Shown here one piece after another: positions 40,764 through 51,606 of a stretch of 64,000 bases of DNA. The stretch is taken from assembly GCA_963664325.2 (NCBI GenBank), contig CAXXDQ010000002.1, positions 96,001-160,000 on the forward strand, written 5' to 3'. The notes below the pieces were generated by a model. It saw only the letters and a list, made by a program, of their open reading frames with translations, was not told the DNA's origin and did no database searches. This DNA is from Desulfomonilia bacterium. GTDB lineage: Bacteria; Desulfobacterota; Desulfomonilia; UBA1062. A program made the position numbers and the translations under genes. The number at the start of each line of letters is the position of its first letter. Position 1 is the first letter of the stretch.

Positions 40764-42144
40764 ATGGATCTTAAACCGCTCTTTGAGCCAAAGACAATGG
40801 CAGTAATTGGTGTATCCCTTCATAACGATTTGAATCCGGCAAATGTCATTTATTATAAAAACCTTTTCCGGTATCCGGCTGAGGTTTATGCGGTCAATCC
40901 AAAGGCCGGTGTACTGAAGGGCATGCAGTCGTTTTCATCGGTTGCCGATATCTCTGATCGGATCGACCTTGCAGTAATAGCGGTTCAGGCGGAGCGTGTA
41001 CCCGGCACCATCGAAGAGTGCATAAAGGCGGGTGTAAAAAGCGCCGTCATTATATCCGGAGGTTTTTCCGAGGTGGGAAGAAAAGACCTCCAGGACAGGG
41101 TTACGGCGATTGCAAAAGAAGCTGAGTTTCCAATTATCGGCCCAAATTGTATCGGGATGTTCGTTCCTGAAAAGGTCGATACGTTTTTTTGAACCTCAGG
41201 AAAGGATTAACACACCCTTAAAAGGTAATATTTCCCTTATCAGCCAGAGCGGCGGCATGCTGCTGGACATGATGATAAGATTCACGGCGGAAGGCGCCGG
41301 AATGTCCACATGTGTAAGTATAGGGAACAAGGCGGTTATAAAGGAAAAAGACCTTATCCGATATCTGGCGACTGATGAAAAGACAAAGGTCATATCTTTT
41401 TATATCGAAGGATTCAATGAAGGCGAGGGGCATGAATTTGTTGAAGCTGCTAAGGCATGCGGTAAACCTGTAGTCGTGCTTAAATCCGGCAAAACCCCTC
41501 AGGGCAGCAAGGCAATTACAAGCCATACCGCTTCTCTCGCAGGCGACTATAAGATATTTTCATCTATTATGAACCAGTACGGCATTGTCGAAGCCAAGGG
41601 CCTGCTCGATCTTATCTATTTCAGCCAGTGCCTGAGCTGTTATCAAAAGCATATTCAGGGCAGGCTTGGCATATTGACCATAAGCGGCGGTCACGGGACG
41701 CTTGCTACAGACCTTGCACTTGAGTATGGCCTGGATATTCCTGCTTTGAGCGATTCACAGCAGGAGGCGATACGGGCTGTCCTGTCTCCAAGCATAAAGA
41801 ACATAGCTTCATGCCACAATCCGGTCGATCTAACAGGTAGCGCTGTTGACGGTGATTTTGTCGAAGCCGCACGGGCGCTTGCCCTTATGGATGATATTGA
41901 TTGCATTGTGGCATTACTGCTGCCTTATGCGCCTGCGTTAAGCATGGACTTGGGTGCCTTGCTCAGTACCGTAAAAAGGAGGTTCGACAAACCCATAATT
42001 GCTTATGTCCCCCGTCTGGAAAAATACAGGATCCTGATCGACGGTTTTGAACTCAATAACATACCGGTAGCCCACAGCATAGAGGGCTGCATGAAGATGG
42101 CTCAGGGCTTAATCAAATACAAAGGAAGCGGCACGAAAAGCTGA
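40764..42144 (+). CDS. ADP-forming acetate/acyl-CoA ligase alpha subunit, frameshifted at T7 (41184-41190)
   Basis: CoA-binding N-terminal ORF (IIGPNCIG) continues in another frame as SQSGG, SIGNK, SHTASLAG, NPVDLTG; removing one T restores DTFFEPQER. Confidence 0.75.
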
Positions 42145-42147
42145 TGA

Positions 42148-42812
42148 GTGGTGCTTTCATTACCCAAAAGATTGAGGCGGGTAATCTTCGATATGGACGG
42201 CACGCTGCTGGACACGCTCAAGGATATTGCCGATTCCATGAACATGGCGCTTAAAAGGATAGGACGGCCCGAGCGTGATTTTGAATACTTGAGATTCAGT
42301 GTAGGCTACGGTGTTGAAGAACTTGCCAGGAGGGCCATGCCGGAAGGCAGCAGCGAAGAAGATGTGAAAAAATGTGTTGAGATAATGCGGGAGATCTACA
42401 GCATTCATTACAAGGATACGAGCAGGCCTTATTGCGGCATAACCGAACTGCTCGATAAACTGAATGAATTGAAAATCCCGATTGCGATACTCTCCAACAA
42501 GCCTGAGGATTTTACAATAAAAATGACCGAAGAACTTCTGGGAGACTATAAGTTTGATGTTGTGCGCGGGGTGAGGAAAGATTATCCGAAGAAACCTAAT
42601 CCCGCGGTCCCTTTTGATATAGCTGCAGGGTGGGGAATATCCCGGAAAGAATAGCCTTTGTCGGTGATTCCGCAGTTGACATGCAGACTGCCAATAATGC
42701 AGGTATGTTCGCAGTAGGAGTGCTGTGGGGTTTCAGGCCCCGTCAGGAAATCGTATCAGCCGGGGCCATGGCGCTGATTTCCCACCCGATAGAGCTGATC
42801 AGCATTCTGTAA
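42148..42812 (+). CDS. HAD phosphatase (Gph-like), frameshifted at 42641-42643
   Basis: FDMDGTLLD, LSNK, KKPNP, then VGDSAVD in the shifted frame; adding one C gives WGISPERIAFVGD. Confidence 0.75.
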
Positions 42813-42997
42813 TTCCAGGGAAAGATAAAGAGCTGTTTCTCATCTGCCGATAAATCTTATTAGAAAGGTATTTAAGACCGGTGAGACTCAACACAAATGT
42901 TCCATCAGGTATAGGGCTGTAATGGAGATATGAATTATGGCTGAAAAAAACTGAAGGATAAATGCGTGAACCCGGGTCAGGGTGTAAATAACAAATT

Positions 42998-43996
42998 ATG
43001 AAAAGTCCCAAACCGGATAAATCAATATATGAAGGCAGTCTGACAAAGCTGTATGAAAGGTTCAACGAGCCGGTTATTCCCATGAAGTCGATTGTAAAAT
43101 GGCTTAACGGCTTCGAGGATGAGGACAAACGGACGGCGCTGAAACTGCTTGAAGCTATAGAGTACCATTCGCAGCCGAGACTGGTAAGGGAAACCAGATT
43201 GCTTCATGGCAAAGTCCAGGAAAGGCTTGCTTCAGACGGTTTTGATGAAAAGACACTTGCCGATGTGGATTTCAGCCGTGAATTTACATGCAAGAGCGGT
43301 GATGTCGTATCCTATATTTACCGAAATCAAACCTGATCCCGGTCATAGACTTCAAGACCTTCGATGAGCTTTCAAGTCAGACGGAAAAGTGCGCAGGGCG
43401 GTACAAAAGACCGTGCTCTTCTCATTCTGGATGACTATATAGGCACCGGCTCGCAGTTTATTTTCCAGTTTATCGGAAGAAGCGAGGAAGACATCAGGGT
43501 TCTCAACTGTTACAGGAAGGTTTATCTTGTTTGCTATATCATCCATGAGGACGCCCTCAAAAAGTTCAGGCTTCTGGCTGATGGTAAAATTGAAGAAGCT
43601 TTGGCAATTGAGGAGGAGCAGTTTCCCAATTTAAATATGTATGCCGAAAAGAAAAGTTTCCGCCGTGCTTTGTCAAAACTTGACTGGAAAAATATAGAGC
43701 TTGTCTATCTTGACGTGGATAAGCCCATTCTGGATGCCTCGAATGTTTTGTTAAGCATGCAGGAAAAAATCGATATAGAGAGACTCTTGGACAAATTCAA
43801 GCATGAAGGATATTCAGGCACATCCTTTCTGATGGGGAATCATACATTTTTTTACGGCGCACCGAATTCCCTGCCTGAGATTTTGTGGCCATTATTCAAA
43901 CGCATTGAGGATTTTACAGTTTATACAGAAGGTACCGACGGGCTGATCGGCATTGGCAGCGATGTCATCAGATATGATATTGATGAGGTTCTTTAA
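42998..43996 (+). CDS. Phosphoribosyltransferase-like protein, split by two compensating frameshifts
   Basis: Two same-frame ORFs with KSG and ILDDYIGTGSQ motifs; an open bridge (KSNLIPVIDFKTFDEL…) exists in the adjacent frame. Confidence 0.6.
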
Positions 43997-44132
43997 TATT
44001 AACTTAATTGAAATCATGTGTGGAAGCAGCTGCTGCCATGGAACCGGGAGAACCGATCAATAAATATGGAGCTTAATTTTTTGGAAAAACCGTCCGATTG
44101 AATAATCATGAAGCATATGAAGGGGAGACTCT

Positions 44133-44762
44133 ATGAAGAACGCATCAGACTCCGATAATCTTACTGACACAATTATTGTTGACCGGATTATACCCTGTCA
44201 GATCGTCCATATATTTATAATTTTCGTGGCAGTCATATTCATGCTGTATGGGTGCGGCACAACAAACAGCAACGGCTCTTGTCCTGTAAAATATGCACTT
44301 CAGAAAGTTTCAGGAGAGAAGGCCTTTAATGACCCGTTCAGTTACTGTAAATGTGCCGGAACAATTGATGTCCCTGACAACAGATATAAAGGCGAAAAGC
44401 TTCCGGATTCTTTGATACCGGATATTAAAAAAAAGATGGATCTGGCTGATGATGTTACCCCTGATTATATCAGGGATACAACCACATGGAGGTGCATGGA
44501 CGGCAAGGTTTTCATCTGCATGACAGGCGCAAATCTCCCGTGCCTTGAAAAGGCGGATACAAGCAGGAAACCGGATGAGGCGATGAATGATTTCTGCAAG
44601 GCCAATCCTGATCTAGACTATATTCCGGCTGCAGTAACCGGCCGTTCGACTGTGTATGAATGGCGGTGCTCCGGAACAAAACCTGTTACTGTAAAACAGG
44701 TGAGCATCCCGGACAAACAGGGTTACCGATCAGATATATGGTTTGAACTCGGCGCAGATTGA
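44133..44762 (+). CDS. Cys-rich lipoprotein, unknown function
   Basis: Hydrophobic segment + LYGC lipobox; many cysteines (WRCMDG, GANLPC, YEWRC). Confidence 0.7.
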   Translation: MKNASDSDNLTDTIIVDRIIPCQIVHIFIIFVAVIFMLYGCGTTNSNGSCPVKYALQKVSGEKAFNDPFSYCKCAGTIDVPDNRYKGEKLPDSLIPDIKKKMDLADDVTPDYIRDTTTWRCMDGKVFICMTGANLPCLEKADTSRKPDEAMNDFCKANPDLDYIPAAVTGRSTVYEWRCSGTKPVTVKQVSIPDKQGYRSDIWFELGAD

Positions 44763-46081
44763 AATCAGGTCAGGCGGATTTGTACAAAATGATAGAGAAG
44801 CAACAGACAGGACTCCATATCCATGCAGGATATTTTTTTCTTGTCCTTGCAGGATACTCGGCGACACTAGTAATCAACAAAATTCTAGTCAACGCATTTC
44901 CGCCTGATGTCTATGGGGACTATTCAGTGCTGACTGCCATGCTGCAGGGGCTTGCGCCTCTTGTAACCATAGGGCTTGAGCATGCCATCTTTTCATATTT
45001 CCCAGCCTACGATCTCCAGAACGAGCATCACAAAATAAGGGCCTTCTTCATGTTCAGCATGAGAATCGTTATGCTTACAGGCGCAAGCCTTGTGATAATC
45101 TCGGGATTGTTTGCATGGGTTTTTCACTCCAGACCTGATGCCGGAGACAAATTGCACATCTCTCTGATGTACCCCTGGGTGGCCTTTTTTCTGGGGATAC
45201 TTTCATACTATGTGTGTCTCTTGAGGTTCAAAGGGCATGCATTCCTGGCATACATAACCGGAAACCTGCTTCAGATAATACTTTATGCCATGTTGATATT
45301 CGTAACAAACAAATATGTCAGCCTTACAATTTTTTCGGCAATGATGTTTTATGTGGCAAGCTACGCTGTTGCAATATTCATCATTGCAATCTTCGCACAC
45401 TCAGGGTTCGGAAGACTTACTGGGAATGTTAACGAAGAGGCCTTCACCGACAGGAAAGGATGGCTTAAAACAGGTACCGGCCTGATGATACAGTTCATGG
45501 CGACATATTTCATTATTGCTTTGCCCATAATGATTATTGACGGGCACCAGAATATCCCGGAAAATGATGTCGGCATTGTCGCCCTTGCTCTGAACATATT
45601 CATCATTCCTTTCTCCCTTGTCGAGACCACGATTGATGCATCGGTCATACCCGGGCTTGCATCGGACTTTATCACTGGCGACAGGGCCGGGTTTGTCAGA
45701 CGTCTGAAAGCAATAAACCGCATCAGTATGGTCCTGGCGCTTGCTTATTTCTTGTGCGTTTTTATATTCGGGGTAAGGATAATAGAATTCTTCCATCCTG
45801 GTTTTGTTTCTGCATATTCATATTCCCTTATTTTCTGCGCCGGTTTTGCTGTGAACATGGGCATGCTTACAACCCAGGCGGTTGCTCCTTTCATAGGGCT
45901 CAATGCACAGATATCAAAACTTTTCGTATTCTGTTTTTTCTTCGAACTTTTTACAGGAATTTTTGCAACCCGGCTTTTCGGGATAAAGGGTATGGTTTCG
46001 GTACTTGCCATTGTGCAGGTTATGCTTGGAAGCGTTCCGGTATGGCTGGTCTATAAAAAGCTTAAAATCTGGTCATTATAA
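44759..46081 (+). CDS. Oligosaccharide flippase (MOP/Wzx-like) family protein
   Basis: About 12 TM segments; PDVYGDYSV…LVTIGLE pattern. Confidence 0.75.
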   Translation: MKSGQADLYKMIEKQQTGLHIHAGYFFLVLAGYSATLVINKILVNAFPPDVYGDYSVLTAMLQGLAPLVTIGLEHAIFSYFPAYDLQNEHHKIRAFFMFSMRIVMLTGASLVIISGLFAWVFHSRPDAGDKLHISLMYPWVAFFLGILSYYVCLLRFKGHAFLAYITGNLLQIILYAMLIFVTNKYVSLTIFSAMMFYVASYAVAIFIIAIFAHSGFGRLTGNVNEEAFTDRKGWLKTGTGLMIQFMATYFIIALPIMIIDGHQNIPENDVGIVALALNIFIIPFSLVETTIDASVIPGLASDFITGDRAGFVRRLKAINRISMVLALAYFLCVFIFGVRIIEFFHPGFVSAYSYSLIFCAGFAVNMGMLTTQAVAPFIGLNAQISKLFVFCFFFELFTGIFATRLFGIKGMVSVLAIVQVMLGSVPVWLVYKKLKIWSL

Positions 46082-46164
46082 CGCGGTGTCATAAAAAGAC
46101 CCCTTGAACTTGGCAGTGTATTTGTCTTATAAGCTTACAAAATTTCTAATTTGGAGGACCGGTT

Positions 46165-48066
46165 ATGAAATACAGTTCATATGAAGAGGCATACAGCCGT
46201 TCCATGAATGATCCCGAAGGATTCTGGGCTGAAGCCGCTGAAACGGTGGCATGGGTTAAAAAGTGGGACAGCGTTATTTCGAGTCCCAAGCCAAACTTCT
46301 ACAGATGGTTTGAAGGCGCCGAAATGAACACCTGCTACAACGCAGTAGACAGGCATGTCGAAAACGGAAGGAAAGACCAGGCCGCAATTATTTATGACAG
46401 CCCGGTCACCGGAATAGTCAAAAAAATCACATACGGTGAGCTCCTTGCCCAGGTCTCGCTTGTTGCCGGCATGCTCAAGAAGCAAGGTGTTGAAAAGGGC
46501 GACCGGGTTATCATATACATGCCTATGATTCCTGAAACTCTTTTTGCCATGCTGGCGTGTGCACGTATAGGCGCAGTTCATTCGGTTGTTTTCGGCGGAT
46601 TTGCACCTAATGAGCTTGCTGTAAGGATTGAAGATGCAAAACCGAAAGTCATGCTGAGTGCAACATGCGGCATTGAGCCCAAGGGTGCGATTGCTTATAA
46701 ACCTCTACTTGATAAGGCGATTGAGCTTTCCGGGCATAAGCCTGAAAAATGTATAATCTTTGAACGCGAACAGGTCAGGGCTGAGTTGATTCCCGGACGT
46801 GACATTGACTGGAAGGAAGCCATGGTCGGGGTGCAACCGGCAGAATGCGTTACAGTAAAGGCAACAGACCCCCTTTATATCCTTTATACTTCAGGTACGA
46901 CAGGCATACCAAAAGGCGTTGTAAGGGATAACGGCGGCCATGCTGTTGCATTGATGTGGTCTATGAAGAATATATATGCCGCCCTGCCCGGAGATGTCTA
47001 CTGGGCCGCATCAGATGTCGGCTGGGTTGTCGGGCATTCGTACATAGTTTATGCACCTCTTCTTTACGGCGCCACGACTATCGTATATGAAGGCAAACCG
47101 GTCGGCACACCTGACCCCGGTGCATTCTGGAGGGTAATCAATGAACATAAGGTGAAGGTGCTCTTCACTGCACCGACTGCATTTCGTGCCATAAAAAAGG
47201 AAGATCCTGCCGGCACATTCGTTAAAAAATATGACATCTCATGCCTTAGATATCTTTTTCTGGCAGGTGAAAGGCTTGACCCTGATACCTATCACTGGGC
47301 GAGTAATCTTTTGAATATCCCTGTCATTGACCACTGGTGGCAGACTGAAACGGGCTGGGCGATTGCAGCCAACTGCGTGGGTATTGAACTGCTGCCTGTA
47401 AAAGCAGGATCTCCGACAAAACCTGTACCGGGCTACAATATAAAAGTGCTTGATGAAAACGGCACCGAGCTTCCAAACGGTTCAGAAGGAACGATTGCGG
47501 TCAAACTGCCACTTCCTCCAAGCTGCCTGCCAACTTTATGGCAAAGAGATGATGCGTTTGTTTCTTCATACCTGAGCAATTTCGAAGGATATTATACGAC
47601 CGGCGACGGCGGGTTCAAGGATGCGGACGGTTATATCTATATCATGGGCCGTGTTGACGACATAATAAATGTTGCCGGCCACAGGCTTTCAACAGGCGGT
47701 ATGGAAGAGGTTGTCGCCAAGCACCCCGATGTTGCCGAATGTGCTGTAATAGGGGTCGATGACCAGCTGAAGGGGCAGGTGCCTGTCGGGTTCGCGGTTT
47801 TAAAGGCGGGTGTCACCAGAGACCCAGGTGTGATTCAGAAAGAGGTTGTCAAGATGGTCCGGGACCAGATCGGCGCGCTTGCCTGCCTTAAAGATATTGC
47901 CATTGTATCAAGGCTTCCCAAGACCAGGAGCGGAAAGATACTCCGCGGGACAATGCGCAATATTGCCGATGGCAAGGAATACAAGGTGCCTTCTACGATA
48001 GAAGACCCGGCGGTTTTGGGTGAGATAGGTGAAGCACTCAAAGGTGTAGGCTATCCGAAACAGTAG
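46165..48066 (+). CDS. prpE: Propionyl-CoA synthetase / acetate-CoA ligase family
   Basis: YTSGTTGIPKGVVRDNGG, DHWWQTETG, GHRLSTG, LPKTRSGKILR. Confidence 0.88.
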   Translation: MKYSSYEEAYSRSMNDPEGFWAEAAETVAWVKKWDSVISSPKPNFYRWFEGAEMNTCYNAVDRHVENGRKDQAAIIYDSPVTGIVKKITYGELLAQVSLVAGMLKKQGVEKGDRVIIYMPMIPETLFAMLACARIGAVHSVVFGGFAPNELAVRIEDAKPKVMLSATCGIEPKGAIAYKPLLDKAIELSGHKPEKCIIFEREQVRAELIPGRDIDWKEAMVGVQPAECVTVKATDPLYILYTSGTTGIPKGVVRDNGGHAVALMWSMKNIYAALPGDVYWAASDVGWVVGHSYIVYAPLLYGATTIVYEGKPVGTPDPGAFWRVINEHKVKVLFTAPTAFRAIKKEDPAGTFVKKYDISCLRYLFLAGERLDPDTYHWASNLLNIPVIDHWWQTETGWAIAANCVGIELLPVKAGSPTKPVPGYNIKVLDENGTELPNGSEGTIAVKLPLPPSCLPTLWQRDDAFVSSYLSNFEGYYTTGDGGFKDADGYIYIMGRVDDIINVAGHRLSTGGMEEVVAKHPDVAECAVIGVDDQLKGQVPVGFAVLKAGVTRDPGVIQKEVVKMVRDQIGALACLKDIAIVSRLPKTRSGKILRGTMRNIADGKEYKVPSTIEDPAVLGEIGEALKGVGYPKQ

Positions 48067-48097
48067 TAAAGGAAAGAAAATTATCTATTGATCATAT

Positions 48098-48136
48098 AAG
48101 TCTGTCCGGTTTTTATGCCGGGCAGACTTTCTTTTT
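48098..48136. terminator. Terminator between convergent genes
   Basis: AAGTCTGTCCGG-loop-CCGGGCAGACTT followed by a T-rich tail. Confidence 0.7.
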
Positions 48137-48159
48137 ATGATACCGTACATTCAGGCCGG

Positions 48160-49647
48160 TTATATCCCGCCTGCGGTTTTTGTTGAAGGAGCGGCCTCTG
48201 CAACCGGTTTCCCGTTGGCCGACTTCTTTTGAGAGACGTTTTTTTCCTGGGCTGCCGCCGCTTTTGCGGCGACCTGGGCCGCCTTCTTTTCATTCAGCTT
48301 AGCTATGAATGCCTTGCAGTCCGGTGTTGAATATTTTTTTCTTTGAGCAATCTCCATTGCGGAATAGCTGTAAGTGTATTTATTCTGAGGGCTCCAGAAA
48401 AGCCAGCCCGTTCCGCATGAATCCAGCGTCGCCTTGATCTGGGATTCCATATACCAGGGGCCGAATCCTTTGGTAATACCCATTGGAAAAGCCTGTAGCC
48501 ATGGCCTGACGATTACTTTATCTCCAACGAGTTCTTTCATCATGGATATGCCGTCATAGACAAATTTGTAAGGCTCGTCGGCAGGATTTTTTATTCCGGA
48601 AAAGCCCTTTTCAAAATGTGACGGATAAAGCATGGGGGAAACAATATCCACGTACTGGGAAAGCATCTTTACGTCCTGACCCACAACCATTACATCAATT
48701 GACCTTTGCCATATGACAATTCCGAACATGTCCATTGAAAGAAGGATTCCTTTTTGGGATGTAATGTCATGAACCCTTCTGATGAAATTTGTAATGATGT
48801 CAGGCCTGGTTTTGCCTTCTACTCCTGTGTTTCTTTCTGAATCTGCATGGTAGCGGATATAATCAAGCTGTATCTCGTCGACTCCGGTGTTCGCGATTTC
48901 CCTGATAACGGTAAGCAGATATTCCTGAACTTCCGGATTTGTAGGGTTTAAGAACTGTTTGGTGTAAACCCAATTCGGTTTGGTACGTGCCATTATCGGG
49001 TCTCTGAACACAACTACCCTTGCAACAACATGCATGCCCATGCGGTGCAGCAGCTCGATCATCTTGGAAATATCCTCGATATTTGGGGTGTAGTTTTCTT
49101 TTGGGCAGTATTTTTTTGGTATGTCACTTTTGAATGTTATGGCTCCCAGATCATCTTTTGCGTCAAAGACTATCGTATTACCTCCGCACTGCTTGAGCCT
49201 TTCCGCTGAATCAAGTATAAAACGTGTGCCGGCATTCGAGGTGTTAATATAAAGGCCTTTGGCAATAAAGTCCTTTGGTTTTGGAATTGCTTGGGGTCTT
49301 AACGGCTGAGCCCATGCAATTGGAATTTTTATAGTCTGGCCGGGTGACAGGCCGGCGGTTATGCCATTTATATTTTTGATAGTATTGAGGAGCTCCTTTT
49401 TTGTGTAGGCGGAAGTATATGGCATAAATTTGGAAGCAATCCTGCTGAGCGTTTCACCTTTCTCCACTGTGTACAGATATGTTCCGGGCTGGGGCTGGGA
49501 TGGCTGTTGTTGCGGCTGCCGGACTTGCTGAGCCTGAGAAATCGCAGTTTGGGAGATCGGCTGATTATAGTTCGCCGAATAAAGAGGTTCCATAAATATC
49601 AAAACCAATCCGATTGCCAATAGATGCTTCAGTTGTCTTATTTTCAT
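48160..49647 (-). CDS. Exported putative glycoside hydrolase (DUF4015-like) with LysM domain
   Basis: Signal peptide, YTVEKGETLSRIA LysM, VFDAKDDLG, ARVVVFRD, DEIQLDYIRY, SPMLYPSH, RPWLQAF. Confidence 0.82.
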   Translation of the reverse strand: MKIRQLKHLLAIGLVLIFMEPLYSANYNQPISQTAISQAQQVRQPQQQPSQPQPGTYLYTVEKGETLSRIASKFMPYTSAYTKKELLNTIKNINGITAGLSPGQTIKIPIAWAQPLRPQAIPKPKDFIAKGLYINTSNAGTRFILDSAERLKQCGGNTIVFDAKDDLGAITFKSDIPKKYCPKENYTPNIEDISKMIELLHRMGMHVVARVVVFRDPIMARTKPNWVYTKQFLNPTNPEVQEYLLTVIREIANTGVDEIQLDYIRYHADSERNTGVEGKTRPDIITNFIRRVHDITSQKGILLSMDMFGIVIWQRSIDVMVVGQDVKMLSQYVDIVSPMLYPSHFEKGFSGIKNPADEPYKFVYDGISMMKELVGDKVIVRPWLQAFPMGITKGFGPWYMESQIKATLDSCGTGWLFWSPQNKYTYSYSAMEIAQRKKYSTPDCKAFIAKLNEKKAAQVAAKAAAAQEKNVSQKKSANGKPVAEAAPSTKTAGGI

Positions 49648-49711
49648 TGAATCATTATATTATGACAGGGTTCGTATTAACAAGAAAGATATCAGCTATA
49701 GACGATAATTT

Positions 49712-50308
49712 CTAAACACAGCCGATTGATTCCAGGGCCTTTAAACACTGATCAGCATTTTCAAACAGGATTGTTTTAATGCCCATGTTTCCTGCCGCTT
49801 CAATGTTTGCAGGCGAATCATCGATAAACACTGTCCGGGCAGGTTCAATTCGGTATGTTGAAAGGAGGTACATGAATATCCGGGGATCAGGTTTGACCAT
49901 ATTGATCCTGCATGAAATAACGGCACCTTCAAAGATGTTCAGGAATGAATATTTCTCCTCAAGGTAAGTTATTGATGCAGCATGCATGTTCGAAAGGCAG
50001 AAAAGACTGTGGCCTTTGCTTTTGAGCAGATGCAACAGCTCTATTGTTTCAGTCTCAGGGATCAGAGAAGGAGGGACGCTATTCATGAACCGGATTATAT
50101 ATTCGGGGTTTAATCCGGTTCTGTCGGTGCATCGTTTAACGGCTTCAGAAAGCGAGATAGACCCGCGGTCCAGTTCGATCCAATCATTGTGTTTAATGAG
50201 CTTTGATAAAAGAATTTCCTGAATCTTAAAATCATCTGTGAAACTCTGTACCAGCTTTTCGGGTTTCCAGGAAACAACCACTCCACCCAGATCAAATATA
50301 ACGTTCAT
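49712..50308 (-). CDS. HAD-IA phosphatase (YihX-like)
   Basis: IFDLGGV, LSN, KPDPRIF, FIDD. Confidence 0.9.
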   Translation of the reverse strand: MNVIFDLGGVVVSWKPEKLVQSFTDDFKIQEILLSKLIKHNDWIELDRGSISLSEAVKRCTDRTGLNPEYIIRFMNSVPPSLIPETETIELLHLLKSKGHSLFCLSNMHAASITYLEEKYSFLNIFEGAVISCRINMVKPDPRIFMYLLSTYRIEPARTVFIDDSPANIEAAGNMGIKTILFENADQCLKALESIGCV

Positions 50309-50322
50309 TATTATATGAAAGG

Positions 50323-50349
50323 CCTGCCTGGCGCAAACAGCCAGGCAGG
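50323..50349. terminator. Hairpin after the aminotransferase gene
   Basis: CCTGCCTGGC-loop-GCCAGGCAGG, 10-bp stem; minus-strand T-tail is short. Confidence 0.55.
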
Positions 50350-50358
50350 GTGAATGAA

Positions 50359-51594
50359 TCAGCTGCCGAATTTTGCTTTTACGGCTTTGAATGCCTTGTC
50401 TGAAACATCGAGTGTCTTTTTGATGTCATCTTCAGTGTGTGCCGCGCTGAGGAACATGTTGTGGTGCCAGAAGAAATATACACCGTTGAGCGAGCACTCC
50501 TTGCAGAACAGCTGCGCACGTTTGTAATTTGTCTCATTTGTAAAATGAATGAAGGGAAATGGATTCGGTCCTGACACCTTGAACTGAAGTCCATGACCTG
50601 ATGCCAGCTGCTCAAGGCCGTTTCTCAGCTGCAATCCTCTTTCATTACAGATCCCGGCTGCATCAATGGCTTTCATCTCGTCTATGCATGCTATAGCGGC
50701 AGCCATTTCGGGAGAGTTGTTCCAGTATGAACCGGTCTGGAATGGTTTTGATGCGGTTAATTTCATTTTCTCACTGCCCACTATTGCAGATATAGAATAT
50801 CCGTTTGCGATGGCCTTGCAGTAACATGCGAGGTCCGGCTTGAATCCGAAATAATGAGCCGAGCCCTTAATGTCCAGTCTCCATCCCGCCCTGACATCAT
50901 CGATGATAAGAACTATGTCGTTATCGTCACAAATTTTTCTTATTGCCTGCCAGTACCCCGGAGCAGGCAGTTTCTGCTCTTCAAACACGGGATGATGGTA
51001 CGGCATGAACATTGCACCTGCAACCTGTCCCTTGTTTTCATCAACCAGCCTTTGGAAGTCGGCCACATCTCCCCAGTTAACCATTAATATCTGGGATCTG
51101 TCAGAGGGAGAGATTCCTGAATGGTTAGTCCCGGCCCAGGGCTGAGTCCCGTGATAATGACCTTTGCAGAGAATAATCTTATCACGTCTTTTATAGGCGC
51201 GTGCAATTACTATCGCCCAGGAAGTGGTGTCGGCGCCATTTTTTGCGAACATCGCCCAGTCTGCAATTTCGATTGTTTCGACCATCTTTTCGGCCAGTTC
51301 AACCAGAAGAGCGGTGGGAGGCATTGTTGATGTGCCCAGCTTTGCCTGCTTTGCAAAAGCCTCGTCAACTTTATCGTTTGCATAACCAAGGATCATTGGC
51401 CCGTATGCACAGGCATAGTCAATGTATTCATTGCCATCTACATCCCAGAATCTCGGGCCTTTTGCCTTGGAAATAAAATAAGGATAAGAGCCCGGGATTA
51501 AAGTGGCCGGGTTAAAGTGGCCATATATTCCCTGAGGGATAACTTTAACAGCCCTCCTGAACATTTCCATTGATTTATCAAATTTATATGACAT
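50359..51594 (-). CDS. Class III PLP aminotransferase (GSA aminomutase-like)
   Basis: WDVDGNEYIDY…GPMILG, LIIDDVRAG, PDLACYCKAIANG. Confidence 0.88.
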   Translation of the reverse strand: MSYKFDKSMEMFRRAVKVIPQGIYGHFNPATLIPGSYPYFISKAKGPRFWDVDGNEYIDYACAYGPMILGYANDKVDEAFAKQAKLGTSTMPPTALLVELAEKMVETIEIADWAMFAKNGADTTSWAIVIARAYKRRDKIILCKGHYHGTQPWAGTNHSGISPSDRSQILMVNWGDVADFQRLVDENKGQVAGAMFMPYHHPVFEEQKLPAPGYWQAIRKICDDNDIVLIIDDVRAGWRLDIKGSAHYFGFKPDLACYCKAIANGYSISAIVGSEKMKLTASKPFQTGSYWNNSPEMAAAIACIDEMKAIDAAGICNERGLQLRNGLEQLASGHGLQFKVSGPNPFPFIHFTNETNYKRAQLFCKECSLNGVYFFWHHNMFLSAAHTEDDIKKTLDVSDKAFKAVKAKFGS

Positions 51595-51606
51595 AACGAT
51601 TACCTC

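Noticed and set aside
41190-43348. Selenocysteine readthrough of TGA at 41190 or 43334
   Set aside because: At 41190 homology continues in a different frame. At 43334 an in-frame TAG follows four codons later. Neither aligns with a Cys motif.
50359-51594. Calling the aminotransferase hemL
   Set aside because: HemL-typical motifs (NSGTEA, EPVAGN, FDEVMTGFR) are replaced and no hem genes are adjacent.
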